NCBI RefSeq assembly: GCF_018398935.1
Contig: NZ_CP074694.1
Coordinates: forward strand, 3,030,001 to 3,062,000
Length of the DNA: 32,000 bases
DNA from: Telmatocola sphagniphila
Lineage (GTDB): Bacteria > Planctomycetota > Planctomycetia > Gemmatales > Gemmataceae
Direction of reading: 5' to 3'
How positions within the stretch are numbered: position 1 is the stretch's first letter; every line of letters starts with the position of its first letter. A program made the translations under genes and the position numbers. A model generated the notes under the pieces. That model did not search any database. It saw only the letters and a list, made by a program, of their open reading frames with translations, and was not told the DNA's origin. Of the stretch, positions 23,026-31,592 are shown one piece after another.

Positions 23026-23724
23026 TCACTTCTCGGTTTTCGAGTTCTCCCGCTCTTCCTGCATCTGCACCAGTCTTTGTCGAGCTTTGAAAACTCGCCA
23101 CCGGGCGGTCTCCTCCGGTACTCCCATCACTTCGCCAATCTCTTTGAAGGAGAGTTCTCCTTCCGCACGCAACATGATCGCCGCTCGAAAATCGGGTGCC
23201 AGTTTGGCGACATCGTTCAACAGACTTCTGAGATCATCCCTATCTTGAGCCCGTTGATCGGGCCCCGGCTCCCACTCGGAGAGTTCTTCCGGAAGCTCCG
23301 CTTTCTGCTTGCGGTTGACCCGCTGCAAATTGACCCAATTGTTATGGGCGATTCGGAAGATCCAAGCCCGGAAATTACTTCCCGCGGTGAATCGATCCAA
23401 ACGGCTGAAGGCTTTCAGGAAAGTCTCTTGAGCCAGATCCTCCGCCGCGTGACTATCTCGCGTCACTTGCACCAGCCAACGGTATAAACGGTCCCAGTAG
23501 GTGTTGACCAGACTGGTGAAAGCGCTCTTATCCCCGGCTTGAGCAGCCAAGATCAGTCGAGTTTCCTCATTGGCAGCAGTCAGTGGCTCGCTGCTCACGC
23601 GCCCGTTGTCCTTCCAATACGGGGTCGGGCTAATCGGTACAGGCAAACAAACGGAAGTTCGCCGCTGTAACAACCATTTTCCACGATAACCCGCGTTGGA
23701 TGCGCCTGTCCAGCGAAACCGCAT
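23026..23724 (-). CDS. ECF-type RNA polymerase sigma-70 family factor
   Basis: Region 2 is AAQAGDKSAFTSLVNTYWDRLYRWLVQVTRDSHAAEDLAQETFLKAFSRLDRF...FRAWIFRIAHNNWVNLQR. Region 4 is LAPDFRAAIMLRAEGELSFKEIGEVMGVPEETARWRVFKARQRL. The coordinates are the ORF maximum. The R/W-rich first 42 codons look non-coding, and GTG 23598 (preceded by GGAAGGA about 10 nt upstream) is the more likely start. Confidence 0.9.
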   Translation of the reverse strand: MRFRWTGASNAGYRGKWLLQRRTSVCLPVPISPTPYWKDNGRVSSEPLTAANEETRLILAAQAGDKSAFTSLVNTYWDRLYRWLVQVTRDSHAAEDLAQETFLKAFSRLDRFTAGSNFRAWIFRIAHNNWVNLQRVNRKQKAELPEELSEWEPGPDQRAQDRDDLRSLLNDVAKLAPDFRAAIMLRAEGELSFKEIGEVMGVPEETARWRVFKARQRLVQMQEERENSKTEK

Positions 23725-23886
23725 TCGGTCCCTGGTCTACTGCACTTCCTGCCCATCAAACACATGCTATCGGAAATCCGTTGGCGCCCGATTCCTCAAA
23801 TAAGTTTTCGAAATGCCCTTTTGATGTCCGACTTTCCGCACGATCGGGTAAAGACCGGAAAATTCCGCTCAAACATGAACTCATCT

Positions 23887-24627
23887 TTATTTTTTTGCCG
23901 GAGCAAAGGTGCCTTCGGGCAAACGTTCTGAACTAGCTTTGAATTCGGTGATTTCCGCTTCCTGAAACGGCTTGCCATCCTGAATGGTCTTTACCCGGCT
24001 GGCCATATGGAAGCCTCCAAAATCCTTGAACTGGCTGTAAAAAATTTCCACCTTCTTTTCCTTGCCGGAAACCTCATTTTTCTCGTTCATGAACGACTTC
24101 ACAACCAGACCGGTTTTATCACTAAAAAACAGCAGCAGATCGGGATAGCCTTCGCGCGTCGCCTTGACAATTGTCGTCGGTTCGTCATCGATTTTGACGG
24201 TTCCAAGTTTGGAGAGACTGCATTCCTTGTCCAACAATGGCAGCAAGGTGTTGGCGACTTGTTTGTGGTAAAAGGAATTTCGGAAGCTGGCCACCTGCTC
24301 CTCACTCATCGGCTTCACTTCATTTCCCAGGATCGTCCATCCCTTCTTACCATCGACGATCCGGGCCGATTTCACCGTCTCCCCATTGACAATTCTCGTG
24401 CTATCCAGCCGAAATCGGCCGGGCAGCTCGCCGCGAAATTCCCCGCGAGATTGCTTATTCTGGAAGACGCCACTGGTCTTCCAGACACCAGATTTCAAGC
24501 TCGTGACCTTGTCCAGGCCGCCAATTTTCTCGATACCGGCCCGCACGATTTTTCGAGCTTCTTCTTCTCCCTGAGCGCAGCACAGAGAAACGGAAACCAA
24601 TACAAAAAGCATGGCAATTAATCGCAT
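23887..24627 (-). CDS. Secreted beta-rich hypothetical protein (possibly LolA-like fold)
   Basis: The ATG at 24627 is preceded by AGGA and gives the signal peptide MRLIAMLFVLVSVSLCCAQG. The mature part is rich in alternating beta-strand pattern with Lys/Gly turns. The LolA-like assignment is only an impression. Confidence 0.6.
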   Translation of the reverse strand: MRLIAMLFVLVSVSLCCAQGEEEARKIVRAGIEKIGGLDKVTSLKSGVWKTSGVFQNKQSRGEFRGELPGRFRLDSTRIVNGETVKSARIVDGKKGWTILGNEVKPMSEEQVASFRNSFYHKQVANTLLPLLDKECSLSKLGTVKIDDEPTTIVKATREGYPDLLLFFSDKTGLVVKSFMNEKNEVSGKEKKVEIFYSQFKDFGGFHMASRVKTIQDGKPFQEAEITEFKASSERLPEGTFAPAKK

Positions 24628-24829
24628 GAAGGAATCCTGCCGTGAGATAAAAATCAGAGGTCTTTCAATATCTCCAATGAGGTTTATACAATTCCCACCC
24701 GGGACTTTGCCAGCAGTTTTCACCTTTTCTTCTTGCGAATGCGGTTACTGATCCCGTTTAATAGGATTCCTTGTGGCTCCGGGCCTTACTCTCTCCATAA
24801 ATACTCCTTTAAAATTACCGTCATTGGAG

Positions 24830-25708
24830 ATGTGCGTGTTCAAAGCTGTTCGTAAAAATCGCCAAGGGTTCACCCTGATCGAACTCCTCGTAGTAATTGC
24901 TATCATCGCTATCCTGATCGGTCTGCTACTCCCGGCCGTGCAGAAGGTGCGCGAAGCCGCGGCCCGGACGAAATGCTTCAACAACTTCAAGCAAATCGGA
25001 CTCGCCACGATGATGTACACCGACACCTATGGCTATTACCCCCCGGCTTTCTCGAAAGCGCCAAATACGACAAACTGGGCCTGGTCGACTTGGATACTGC
25101 CCTACATCGAACAGGGAAACCTTTACACAAACCTGAACCCCACGGTGAATAATCTCTCCTTGAACAGCTTCACCACGATGCCTGTTCCCATCTACCTCTG
25201 CCCTTCCGATCCCAGCCCGACCATCAACAGTAATTACGGCGGATATGCGAAGAGCAATTACGTGGTGAGCGAACAGGTTTCGGATGGAGGGTCGGCGATT
25301 CTGATGAATTCCATCACCGACGGGACCAGCAATACCATCATGGCCGGCGAGCGCGATATGCAATTTCAGGTCGGGGCCACCTGGGCTGGCCGCGTCAGCA
25401 ACTCCAACACCAACTTTAGCGGTGTTGCTTCGGTGATCGGTCGTCCCAACTGGCCCATCAACACGAAATACAACGTCGGGGCCGACGCCTCGACCTGCAC
25501 CCGCTATGCGTGGTCCAGCCTCCATACCGGCGGGGCCAACTTTGTGTTCTGCGATGGATCCGTTCATTTCCTGCGCGACAGCCTCGCCAGCGATCCCGCC
25601 TACCATGGCGTCTGCGGGGCTTTAACGCCGCCGACCGGTTCCAGCTACACTTACACGCTGCAACTGCTCTACTTCAAGAACGATGGCTTCCCGCTCACCG
25701 ATTATTAA
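24830..25708 (+). CDS. DUF1559 domain protein with an N-terminal prepilin-type cleavage/methylation motif
   Basis: [36 protein letters not shown] is a class-III signal/pseudopilin N-terminus. The C-terminal [17 protein letters not shown] is the DUF1559 hallmark, typical of the expanded planctomycete family. The start is ATG 24830 or GTG 24836. The track start at 24773 adds an implausible leader. Confidence 0.9.
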   Translation: MCVFKAVRKNRQGFTLIELLVVIAIIAILIGLLLPAVQKVREAAARTKCFNNFKQIGLATMMYTDTYGYYPPAFSKAPNTTNWAWSTWILPYIEQGNLYTNLNPTVNNLSLNSFTTMPVPIYLCPSDPSPTINSNYGGYAKSNYVVSEQVSDGGSAILMNSITDGTSNTIMAGERDMQFQVGATWAGRVSNSNTNFSGVASVIGRPNWPINTKYNVGADASTCTRYAWSSLHTGGANFVFCDGSVHFLRDSLASDPAYHGVCGALTPPTGSSYTYTLQLLYFKNDGFPLTDY

Positions 25709-25748
25709 TTGCCGTGAAGAGCCCACTCGACTAAGAAATCATTACCTG

Positions 25749-25780
25749 GGAATCGCACCTGGAAACAGGACCGCGATTCC
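25749..25780 (+). other. Structured hairpin with a GAAA tetraloop downstream of the DUF1559 gene
   Basis: GGAATCGC (25749-25756) pairs with GCGATTCC (25773-25780). An inner CCTG-GAAA-CAGG stem-loop sits within it. It lies 41 nt after the stop codon and has no adjacent U-tract. Confidence 0.3.
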
Positions 25781-25863
25781 AATCCACAGGCCATTTTCGC
25801 ACCTTCGCTTCGCCGAATATCCGGCATCGAGTTCCGGATAGCCATTTCCTAGAATATCCCGCA

Positions 25864-28350
25864 GTGAAACTTACTGCCAAAAACCAAGCGAACCCGCTTA
25901 TGCGCTGGAAGCAATCCGAATATATGCTCAAAGGGATCTTTCTGGGCCTTCTGCTCTTCGTGGCACTGGAAGGTCTGGACTGGTCCCGAACCGGAATCGT
26001 CGCGGCCTGTCTGGCCGGCGGTCTGATCGTTGGAATTCTGGTCGCCATCGGCCGACATCTGAAAGACCTTCGACAGTTTCAAGGGAAGTTCGTTGCCTAC
26101 GCCCTGTTTATCCTCCTGGAAAATCCACTATCGATCTACGCGGGCGTCATTCTGGGATTATTCGCCGGAGCCATCTGGGTTCGCAACCCCGAAGTGGATG
26201 AAACCGTTTTCTTCTACTGTGTCGGCGGCGGGGCCGCCATCGGTCTGGCACTCGGCGAACTGCGCAAAATCCATGACAATCTCACTCGATTCGTACTCGC
26301 GCTAGCGGTTGGAGCGGCCATTTTCGCTGGAGTCCTTTGGTGGCTCGATGAGGGGCATTTTGCCGAATCGGACGAAAAGCAGTTCATGCTGGGCATACTG
26401 CTTTTAATTGGTGTGCCTTTTTTCTACTTTCTGGTGTTCACCGGTATGGCCGAGGAGTCGGAAGTGGAAATTGCCGCGCTCTGCTCCGTGCTGGGAATTG
26501 GCATTCAGTTGATTCTGCAGACCTTTCCTCAAAAAGGTCCAATCAAGGTCGCCACCTTCGGCTTTCTGATTCCTCTCTTGATCTACAGCATCTACGCCAT
26601 TCGCATTCTGCCCGGCTTGCGAGTCTTCAAGCATTCCCTTCGGGGCTACAGCTTCCTGGAACTGGGACAGATAAAACCCTCGATACTGAGCTTCCGCCGG
26701 GCACTCCAGCTCGACCCTAAAAACGAATTAGCGCGACGTGGCCTCTACCGGCTGCATCGCACCATCGATCCCGCTCAGCTTGCCAAGGATCCGGAAGCGT
26801 TGCAGCTTCTCGATCTCGAACTCTGCCTGGAACGGGTGGCTCATCTGTTGGTTTCCGGCAAAGCTCCCACGGCCGAGCAGCTTTCGGAAGTCCAGAAGCT
26901 CCTCGATTTGATCGAGAAGCATTCGACTGGAATGCAGGCTCAGGTCGATTACTACCGGGCCGTCGCAGCGTTGCATCAGAAGGAATATGACCAAGCCAGC
27001 GGTTTATTGACTCGCCTTCTCGATCCCGCTTCGTGGAAGAAACCCGATCCGAATCGGGATGCGATCCTCTTTGGCGCCTGGCAACTGGTACTGCTGGTTC
27101 ATCCCGCGATGAAGGAGCGGGTCGGCCAGCCGCAACTTTCCCAGCCGGGACGAAGAGTCGAAGCCCTCCAGGCAGTCGAAAGAGAGTTGCAAGCCAACCC
27201 CAACGACGGGAATGCTCTTACGCTTCGTCAGTTGCTCTACGACGGCTTAACCGCAGCAGACTACGGCCCGATGGCCATTGATGGTCCTCTCGAGAATTTC
27301 GATTACGGCTACTGCGAACAACTCGGGCTGCCGCTGTTGGAAGATTCGGTTCGCTGGGAGCGCGGCATCGACTATACTCGTATCGCCCTGCACGGCCAGC
27401 CACTACGCTCCCCCTCGCTCTATCAAAGAATCATCGACACTTACGAGAAACAGAAATTGCCTTCAAAAGCTCAGGCCTATCGGGTACGCAGCAAGGATGC
27501 GGGCACGGAAATCGGGCCGAGTAATTTTCCACCCGCGGAACAGGAAATCTACTTCGCCCAGGTCAAGAAAATGGCCGATGAAGCGGCGGCAATTGAAGAC
27601 TATGATTCCGCCATCGCTGCTTACAGCGTCTACAGCCACTACGAGAAGAGCGGAGTGGAAACTCTTCGACAACTCGCGGAAATGTACGAGAAAAAGAAGG
27701 ATGTTCTCAACGCGCTGCGGGTGAACGAAAAGGCCTTAATCTACAAATCTTCCGACGCCGATCTCCTGGCCCGGAAAGATCGCTACTACTATTCGCTGGA
27801 GCCGGAAACACTTCGGAGTGTGTGGGAAAACGTCAAAACCTATTTCGATGTCAATTACTGTATCACAAAATCCCGGCAACTTCTGGATAGCAAATCGGCC
27901 GATCTCCTCGACTGGGCGCAGCATTTGATTCAACTGGCTCGAGTGGCCAAGCCCAAGGATCTCACCACCCTGGTGCAGGAAGCTCGTTGCTGTTTACGCA
28001 AGGGCGAACGGGAAAAAGGGCTGGCACTGCTCGAAGATGTTCGGGAAATGAAACCGAGCGGTTCGGAAGAATCTGACTGGTGGTACTTCACGGTGAAGCA
28101 ACTCGGCAAGCTTTATCTGGAGGAGTATAACCGGCCCGATCTGGCGATTCCCTGTTTCAAGGAGTACCAGAGTGCTCCTAAAGCGGGCGCGGATACCATG
28201 TACGATCTGGGTCGGGCCTATGAAGCCAGCGGGCAATTGCCTCAGGCGGCGAAGTACTACGAAAACGTCACCGGCTACCCAGAGCATCCGCTACGTTGGG
28301 AAGCGGAAGAGGCGCTGCGCCGGGTCCGGAGTCAGCAGAACCCGAGCTAG
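25864..28350 (+). CDS. Large integral-membrane protein (about 8 TM) with a C-terminal TPR-repeat region (hypothetical)
   Basis: 828-aa ORF. The N-terminal about 270 aa has about 8 hydrophobic helices. The remainder has TPR-like repeats (ILSFRRALQLDPKNELARRGL, YYRAVAALHQKEYDQASGLLTRLLDP, AIAAYSVYSHYEKSG, MYDLGRAYEASGQLPQAAKYYENV). The start is GTG 25864 or ATG 25900 (MRWKQSEY). Confidence 0.75.
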   Translation: MKLTAKNQANPLMRWKQSEYMLKGIFLGLLLFVALEGLDWSRTGIVAACLAGGLIVGILVAIGRHLKDLRQFQGKFVAYALFILLENPLSIYAGVILGLFAGAIWVRNPEVDETVFFYCVGGGAAIGLALGELRKIHDNLTRFVLALAVGAAIFAGVLWWLDEGHFAESDEKQFMLGILLLIGVPFFYFLVFTGMAEESEVEIAALCSVLGIGIQLILQTFPQKGPIKVATFGFLIPLLIYSIYAIRILPGLRVFKHSLRGYSFLELGQIKPSILSFRRALQLDPKNELARRGLYRLHRTIDPAQLAKDPEALQLLDLELCLERVAHLLVSGKAPTAEQLSEVQKLLDLIEKHSTGMQAQVDYYRAVAALHQKEYDQASGLLTRLLDPASWKKPDPNRDAILFGAWQLVLLVHPAMKERVGQPQLSQPGRRVEALQAVERELQANPNDGNALTLRQLLYDGLTAADYGPMAIDGPLENFDYGYCEQLGLPLLEDSVRWERGIDYTRIALHGQPLRSPSLYQRIIDTYEKQKLPSKAQAYRVRSKDAGTEIGPSNFPPAEQEIYFAQVKKMADEAAAIEDYDSAIAAYSVYSHYEKSGVETLRQLAEMYEKKKDVLNALRVNEKALIYKSSDADLLARKDRYYYSLEPETLRSVWENVKTYFDVNYCITKSRQLLDSKSADLLDWAQHLIQLARVAKPKDLTTLVQEARCCLRKGEREKGLALLEDVREMKPSGSEESDWWYFTVKQLGKLYLEEYNRPDLAIPCFKEYQSAPKAGADTMYDLGRAYEASGQLPQAAKYYENVTGYPEHPLRWEAEEALRRVRSQQNPS

Positions 28351-29845
28351 TTTTGCGAATCCGGGTCAGAATGCGTTCCGCCTCTTTCGTGGCGGAATGT
28401 ACCGCCCCGCTCATATAACCGTACAATTCCGGGTCGGTATGCTCGCCGACAAATCCTAATCGTTCCTCGCATTCCGGAGTTCCTGCCCACAAGCGCAGCG
28501 TCGTATATTGCCCCGGACGGAAGGCCGAATAACTGCCTCGGACATATTCATCTTCCGACCAGATATGCGACGAGTGCCGATGATTGAACAACTGGTCCTC
28601 GCTCATCTGAAACAGATGTACCGTCGCTTTGCGGCATTCGCGGGCGATGGTATCGATGGGTTGCTTTGCTTCGTGCCCAGCCACCAGAATCGTCAGAATG
28701 CTGTCTGTCCCGGTCTGCCCCACACTGGTGATCCAGGTATTTTGAAGGTAGGGGTTATCGGTTCGAAAACTTCCATTGGTAGGAAGGGGGAAACGGGGAT
28801 TATTTCTCCAGGGCTCGCCGTTCATTCCCAGCATGATCTTGAGGATGTTGCCGTAGCCGATTTCCTGAATCGCCTGATATTTCCCGGGACTTAGGAAACC
28901 CCTTTCTTTAAGAATTTCCAGTCCCTCCACTTCGCGAAGCTTGGTGAACGGTAACGCCAGGACAACATAATCGAAATTCCGTGTCTTTCTCCTCTCGTTA
29001 TGCCGCAATTCCACGTAGACCTTATGCCGGCCAGACGCTCCTTTATAGTCGATCTTCACCAGAGTATGCGCGGGAAAGAATTTCACCTTCTTCTGATTCA
29101 GAACAGCAAAAAGTGCCTCGATGAGTTTGGAATTTCCACCGCGAATACGTTGCGATTCGTCCTGTTTGGGGCCGTACACTTCGAACGGACGGCGTAGACC
29201 AGTGCCGATCTGCTGGATGAGCAGCATCGCACTTTGTTCGTTGGTCTCCGTGCCGAATTCCCCTTTGTAAGACATGCGAATACTTTCGATGACCCAGCTG
29301 GGAGCTTTTGTTTGATCCTGCGCTTTCAACAGGTAATCGTCGATAGTCAGTGCGTCCAACTGCTTGGCGTAGGCCGGGTTGACCCGGGCCTTCCGACGAT
29401 CGCGGCCGATGTAACGGGCCAGTTGAACATATTCCCCTTCGGTTACATTTTTTTCGCGGTTGAAGTTGAGAAAATCGCGCGGCCCGTAGAACTGTCCGCC
29501 GAAGTAAAAGAGTTCGTCGCCAATGCGTTTCTTGGTTATGTCCTGCACATCGAGTTTGAGTTCGTGGGCGAGTTTGCGAATATCGTGGTGCGTGCTGTCG
29601 ATCCACTCGCCCCCTTTTTCGCAATACTGCTTCTGATACTTGAAGGCTTCGTAGTCGGTGAGAATGCGGCCGCCAATTCTCGGAGAAGCTTCGTAGAGCG
29701 TTATTTTCAAGCCGGCAAGTGCAAGTTTGTAGGCGACGGTCAGACCCGCCACTCCCGCCCCGATGACGGCGACGGAGGGAACTGATGGAACAGTTTTGTC
29801 TTTGAGTTCGTGCGATGCGGAGTCAGGGTTTGACGGGTTATCCAT
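28268..29845 (-). CDS. Flavin-containing amine oxidase family protein (FAD-dependent)
   Basis: It has the N-terminal dinucleotide fold VAVIGAGVAGLTVAYKLALAGLKITLYEASPRIGGRI and the C-terminal GFVGEHTDPELYGYMSGAVHSATKEAERIL, typical of the monoamine/L-amino-acid oxidase fold. The last about 27 codons are a non-conserved-looking tail that overlaps the convergent TPR gene. Confidence 0.88.
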   Translation of the reverse strand: MDNPSNPDSASHELKDKTVPSVPSVAVIGAGVAGLTVAYKLALAGLKITLYEASPRIGGRILTDYEAFKYQKQYCEKGGEWIDSTHHDIRKLAHELKLDVQDITKKRIGDELFYFGGQFYGPRDFLNFNREKNVTEGEYVQLARYIGRDRRKARVNPAYAKQLDALTIDDYLLKAQDQTKAPSWVIESIRMSYKGEFGTETNEQSAMLLIQQIGTGLRRPFEVYGPKQDESQRIRGGNSKLIEALFAVLNQKKVKFFPAHTLVKIDYKGASGRHKVYVELRHNERRKTRNFDYVVLALPFTKLREVEGLEILKERGFLSPGKYQAIQEIGYGNILKIMLGMNGEPWRNNPRFPLPTNGSFRTDNPYLQNTWITSVGQTGTDSILTILVAGHEAKQPIDTIARECRKATVHLFQMSEDQLFNHRHSSHIWSEDEYVRGSYSAFRPGQYTTLRLWAGTPECEERLGFVGEHTDPELYGYMSGAVHSATKEAERILTRIRKTSSGSADSGPGAAPLPLPNVADALGSR

Positions 29846-29982
29846 GAGAGTGTCAGGTGTTCCATATCCGGTTTGGAATTGTTTTAGAGAACCTCTTTCG
29901 AAACTGCGTTATTCCATAGAAAATTTGATAATCATTTTGCGCGAATTAAATTCCGCCTGGGCTATCATCGCTGGAGCTGGGA

Positions 29983-31476
29983 ATGAGTTGGCTATTACGT
30001 AAGCGGTTTCTGAAATGGTTCTTAATCACTCTCTTCGTTGTCCTCGCATCAACCGCTTTTGAGATTTTCTACAGCCGACACGTTATTTTCAAGGAATCTC
30101 AAGCCGCTTACGATGAGATAACAAAGCACCTCGATGAGACAGATCCGGGCTGGCGCTGGGAGGATCTGCTGGCTGCTAGAAAAGATGTGCCTGATGAAAA
30201 GAACTGCTACACGTTACAGAAAGAAATTATGGCGATTTATCCCCGCAAATTCGATGTAGCGAAAGGGTTTGCTCGCGATAATTTTGATTTGGAGAATGGA
30301 TTAGTTGATCACCATGCTCCAGAACCTGAGAGATATCGCACTCTTCCCGCTCCGCTACCCTTTGAAGTACTGGACTGGGCAGGTGGTTATCTAGGGAACA
30401 GAGAAAAAGCAATTCAGTTGGCTCGGGCTATGGCAGATCGCCCAGAGGGACGACATCCGATTCAATACAATTATGATCTGCTGGAGACTAATATTCAAAC
30501 AGTGTCAGACACTCGAGCTATCAATTTTTTTCTGGAATGGGATGTTCGTATTCAAGTTCACAACCGGCGTTTCGAATTGGCCGTTCGAGACATGAAGGCA
30601 ATTCACAACCTTGCAAGATCTAATGAACAAGACCCCCTTATAATCTGTATGCTAATTCGATTAGCATTGAATGTGCGACAGGCTCAACTAACACAGGAAA
30701 TCCTTGCGGAAGCTACTTCCAAAGACGCCGATTTACGAACTATTCAGAATCTCTTCGAGGAAGATCTGACAGAAAACATTTTTGCTCAGGCTCTCCGATT
30801 TGAGCGCGGCTTTATTTGGACTATGCTACGCAGAATTGCTGAGCAGGATGAGTCCGCGAACAATAGGATCAAGAGCCTGCCTCTTGAAGGATTCGCGGGC
30901 TTAAACTATCGCCCCTATTCGCTCGGTGATCAGGCTCGGCTACTAGAAGTCTTCGAAAATTGCCTCGACATTAGCAACTTACCCATCGATCTGGTATTTG
31001 ATAATGCGAATAAATACTCTGAATGGTTTGACTCCGTAGTAACAAAAAAAACGGATTACAATAGAATGCGATTCCTACTGACTCGGGTATATGCCCCGAA
31101 CTTCAAAAGATTGGCGTTCGCCTATTTACGCTGGATAGCTCAACTCCGAACCGCAATCATAGGCGTCGCGTGCGAACGATACCGGCTTACCAAAGGTAAA
31201 TGGCCGGAAAATCTGGATGATTTGGTTCCACAATTCCTGTCTGAATCCTTCGAAGATCCTTTTACAGGCCAGCCAATGGTTTACAAAAAAGTGGTTGATG
31301 GAATTATCCTCTACAGTGTGGGCGAGAATCAAATAGATGACGGTGGAGATGTACTGCCCAAAGTGGAGAAAAAACTTTCGGATCCTAGCCCGGAAAACGC
31401 AAATGTTATTAATCCCACCGATATCGGCTTCCGCCTCTGGAATCCGGAACTTCGAGGGAAGGCGCCTTCCAAGTAA
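29983..31476 (+). CDS. Membrane-anchored hypothetical protein with a pseudopilin(GspG)-like C-terminal motif; low-GC gene
   Basis: 497-aa uninterrupted ORF with an N-terminal anchor ([21 protein letters not shown]). The C-terminus [52 protein letters not shown] resembles the globular-domain pattern of T2SS major pseudopilins. Hand-counted GC is 37-47%, against 52-58% in the flanks. Confidence 0.65.
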   Translation: MSWLLRKRFLKWFLITLFVVLASTAFEIFYSRHVIFKESQAAYDEITKHLDETDPGWRWEDLLAARKDVPDEKNCYTLQKEIMAIYPRKFDVAKGFARDNFDLENGLVDHHAPEPERYRTLPAPLPFEVLDWAGGYLGNREKAIQLARAMADRPEGRHPIQYNYDLLETNIQTVSDTRAINFFLEWDVRIQVHNRRFELAVRDMKAIHNLARSNEQDPLIICMLIRLALNVRQAQLTQEILAEATSKDADLRTIQNLFEEDLTENIFAQALRFERGFIWTMLRRIAEQDESANNRIKSLPLEGFAGLNYRPYSLGDQARLLEVFENCLDISNLPIDLVFDNANKYSEWFDSVVTKKTDYNRMRFLLTRVYAPNFKRLAFAYLRWIAQLRTAIIGVACERYRLTKGKWPENLDDLVPQFLSESFEDPFTGQPMVYKKVVDGIILYSVGENQIDDGGDVLPKVEKKLSDPSPENANVINPTDIGFRLWNPELRGKAPSK

Positions 31477-31592
31477 GGGCCAATTCTTCCAAATCAGGAG
31501 CCATTTGCAATCGCCCGACTCCCCTGATAAACTCATCTAAACTTAAACGCGGTTTTTGCTTGCCGCGTTCGCATACTCTCCCGAGGTCCTTC

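Noticed and set aside
23599-23886. ECF-type autoregulatory promoter upstream of the sigma gene. On the minus strand I saw GGAAT-N15-CGAT, GGAAT-N18-CGAT and GGAAA-N16-CGAA-like combinations.
   Set aside because: The spacings are inconsistent and the motifs are short, so they can arise by chance. I cannot choose among them without a TSS or a regulon-wide motif, so none is reported as a feature.
24926-25606. 226-aa minus-strand ORF inside the DUF1559 gene
   Set aside because: It is antisense to a gene with clear prepilin and DUF1559 hallmarks. The translation is Gly/Arg/Val/Ala-rich low complexity.
29043-29785. ORFs 29043-29624 (minus, other frame) and 29234-29785 (plus) within the amine oxidase gene
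   Set aside because: They overlap a gene with clear FAD-binding and amine-oxidase motifs. Their translations are Arg-rich or otherwise unrecognisable.
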